The notes under the pieces are model-generated. The model saw only the letters and a program-made list of their open reading frames with translations. It made no database searches and was not told where the DNA came from. This document shows, piece after piece, positions 19,558-20,000 of a stretch of 20,000 nt of DNA. The position numbers and the translations under genes are program-made. The stretch spans positions 117,945-137,944 of the forward strand of contig NGBS01000311.1 in assembly GCA_002245135.1 (NCBI GenBank), read 5' to 3'. Numbering within the stretch: the stretch's first letter is position 1; each line of letters begins with the position of its first letter. The stretch is from Proteromonas lacertae (Eukaryota).

Positions 19558-20000
19558 CAGGGTTGTATTTATCGGTTACCGACGGAGATAGGTCAAAACC
19601 TATAGGTTTTGCTTGACTGTCGTCGGTCAAGCCATACAAGCCGTATATTATAAAATCTATTTTAATTCATTATATACTAATTTTCCCTTCATAAAAACTA
19701 TCTTATAATATATTTTAATACTTGATTCATATATTTTCAATTCAATTAAATAATTTTTAACTTTTTATAAAGAATTACAATTTAATACTCAACAATAATT
19801 AGGTATTTTATATAATTATGTTCTTATTTATTTCTACTAATCATCAGTTTCATTTGTAATCTATCACATGATAAATTTGATTTGGATAAGTTACTTATTT
19901 GTCCAGCCTCTGAAAATATTCTTTCTGGCTCTGAAGATGTTGTAATGAATATCATAATGCAAATATTCTTGTACTTCATTTGGCATAATTAATCTCTTTC
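19558..20000 (-). mobile_element. 3' end of a degenerate hAT-superfamily DNA transposon
   Basis: The minus-strand frame ending at 19824 reads TTSSEPERIFSEAGQISNLSKSNLSCDRLQMKLMISRNK*, matching the hAT C-terminal dimerisation motif (S..ERxFSxAG....R..L). EVQEYL lies upstream in another frame. A candidate terminus CAGGGTTG at 19558 resembles the Ac-type CAGGG TIR and is followed by GC-rich TCGGT/ACCGA repeats. Confidence 0.7.

Noticed and set aside
19540..19643. Helitron 3' end, ribozyme, riboswitch or spliceosomal snRNA
   Set aside because: A CTAG is nearby but without a convincing adjacent hairpin and T target. I found no hammerhead, TPP or U1/U2/U5/U6 signature, and the hAT context explains the island better.
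1..20000. Alternative genetic code (stop-codon reassignment) as the cause of ORF fragmentation
   Set aside because: The breaks are explained by introns or frame changes, not in-frame stops. TAA (7496), TAG (5560) and TGA (5763, 17482) all end intact genes.

Overview
Very AT-rich, gene-dense eukaryotic (protist) nuclear DNA with tiny GTAT...TAG spliceosomal introns (26 reconstructed by hand, 25-52 nt). A Sig1/Ocm1-type EGF gene and the intron size point to a stramenopile, probably Blastocystis/Opalinata-like (inference). Bases 1-15.3 kb are a compact gene block: Sfi1-like W-repeat protein, EHD ATPase, SRR1-like protein, calmodulin-like protein, mastigoneme-type EGF protein, EF-hand protein, 3R-MYB, tRNA-Pro(CGG) and a CLC channel. 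Bases 15.4-20 kb are a rearranged/decaying zone: a tandem-duplicated orphan gene, kinase and HMG-box remnants, and the 3' end of a degenerate hAT transposon with a GC-rich structured terminus. Most notable: (i) about nine frame discontinuities, all in the four otherwise intact minus-strand genes and none in six plus-strand genes, most simply assembly indels but worth testing for recoding/editing; (ii) a near-invariant GTAT donor that mostly lacks +5G; (iii) a CLC lacking the gating Glu, proton Glu and central Tyr; (iv) patchy, amino-acid-changing divergence of the duplicated gene. All gene models were read by eye; no database searches were run.
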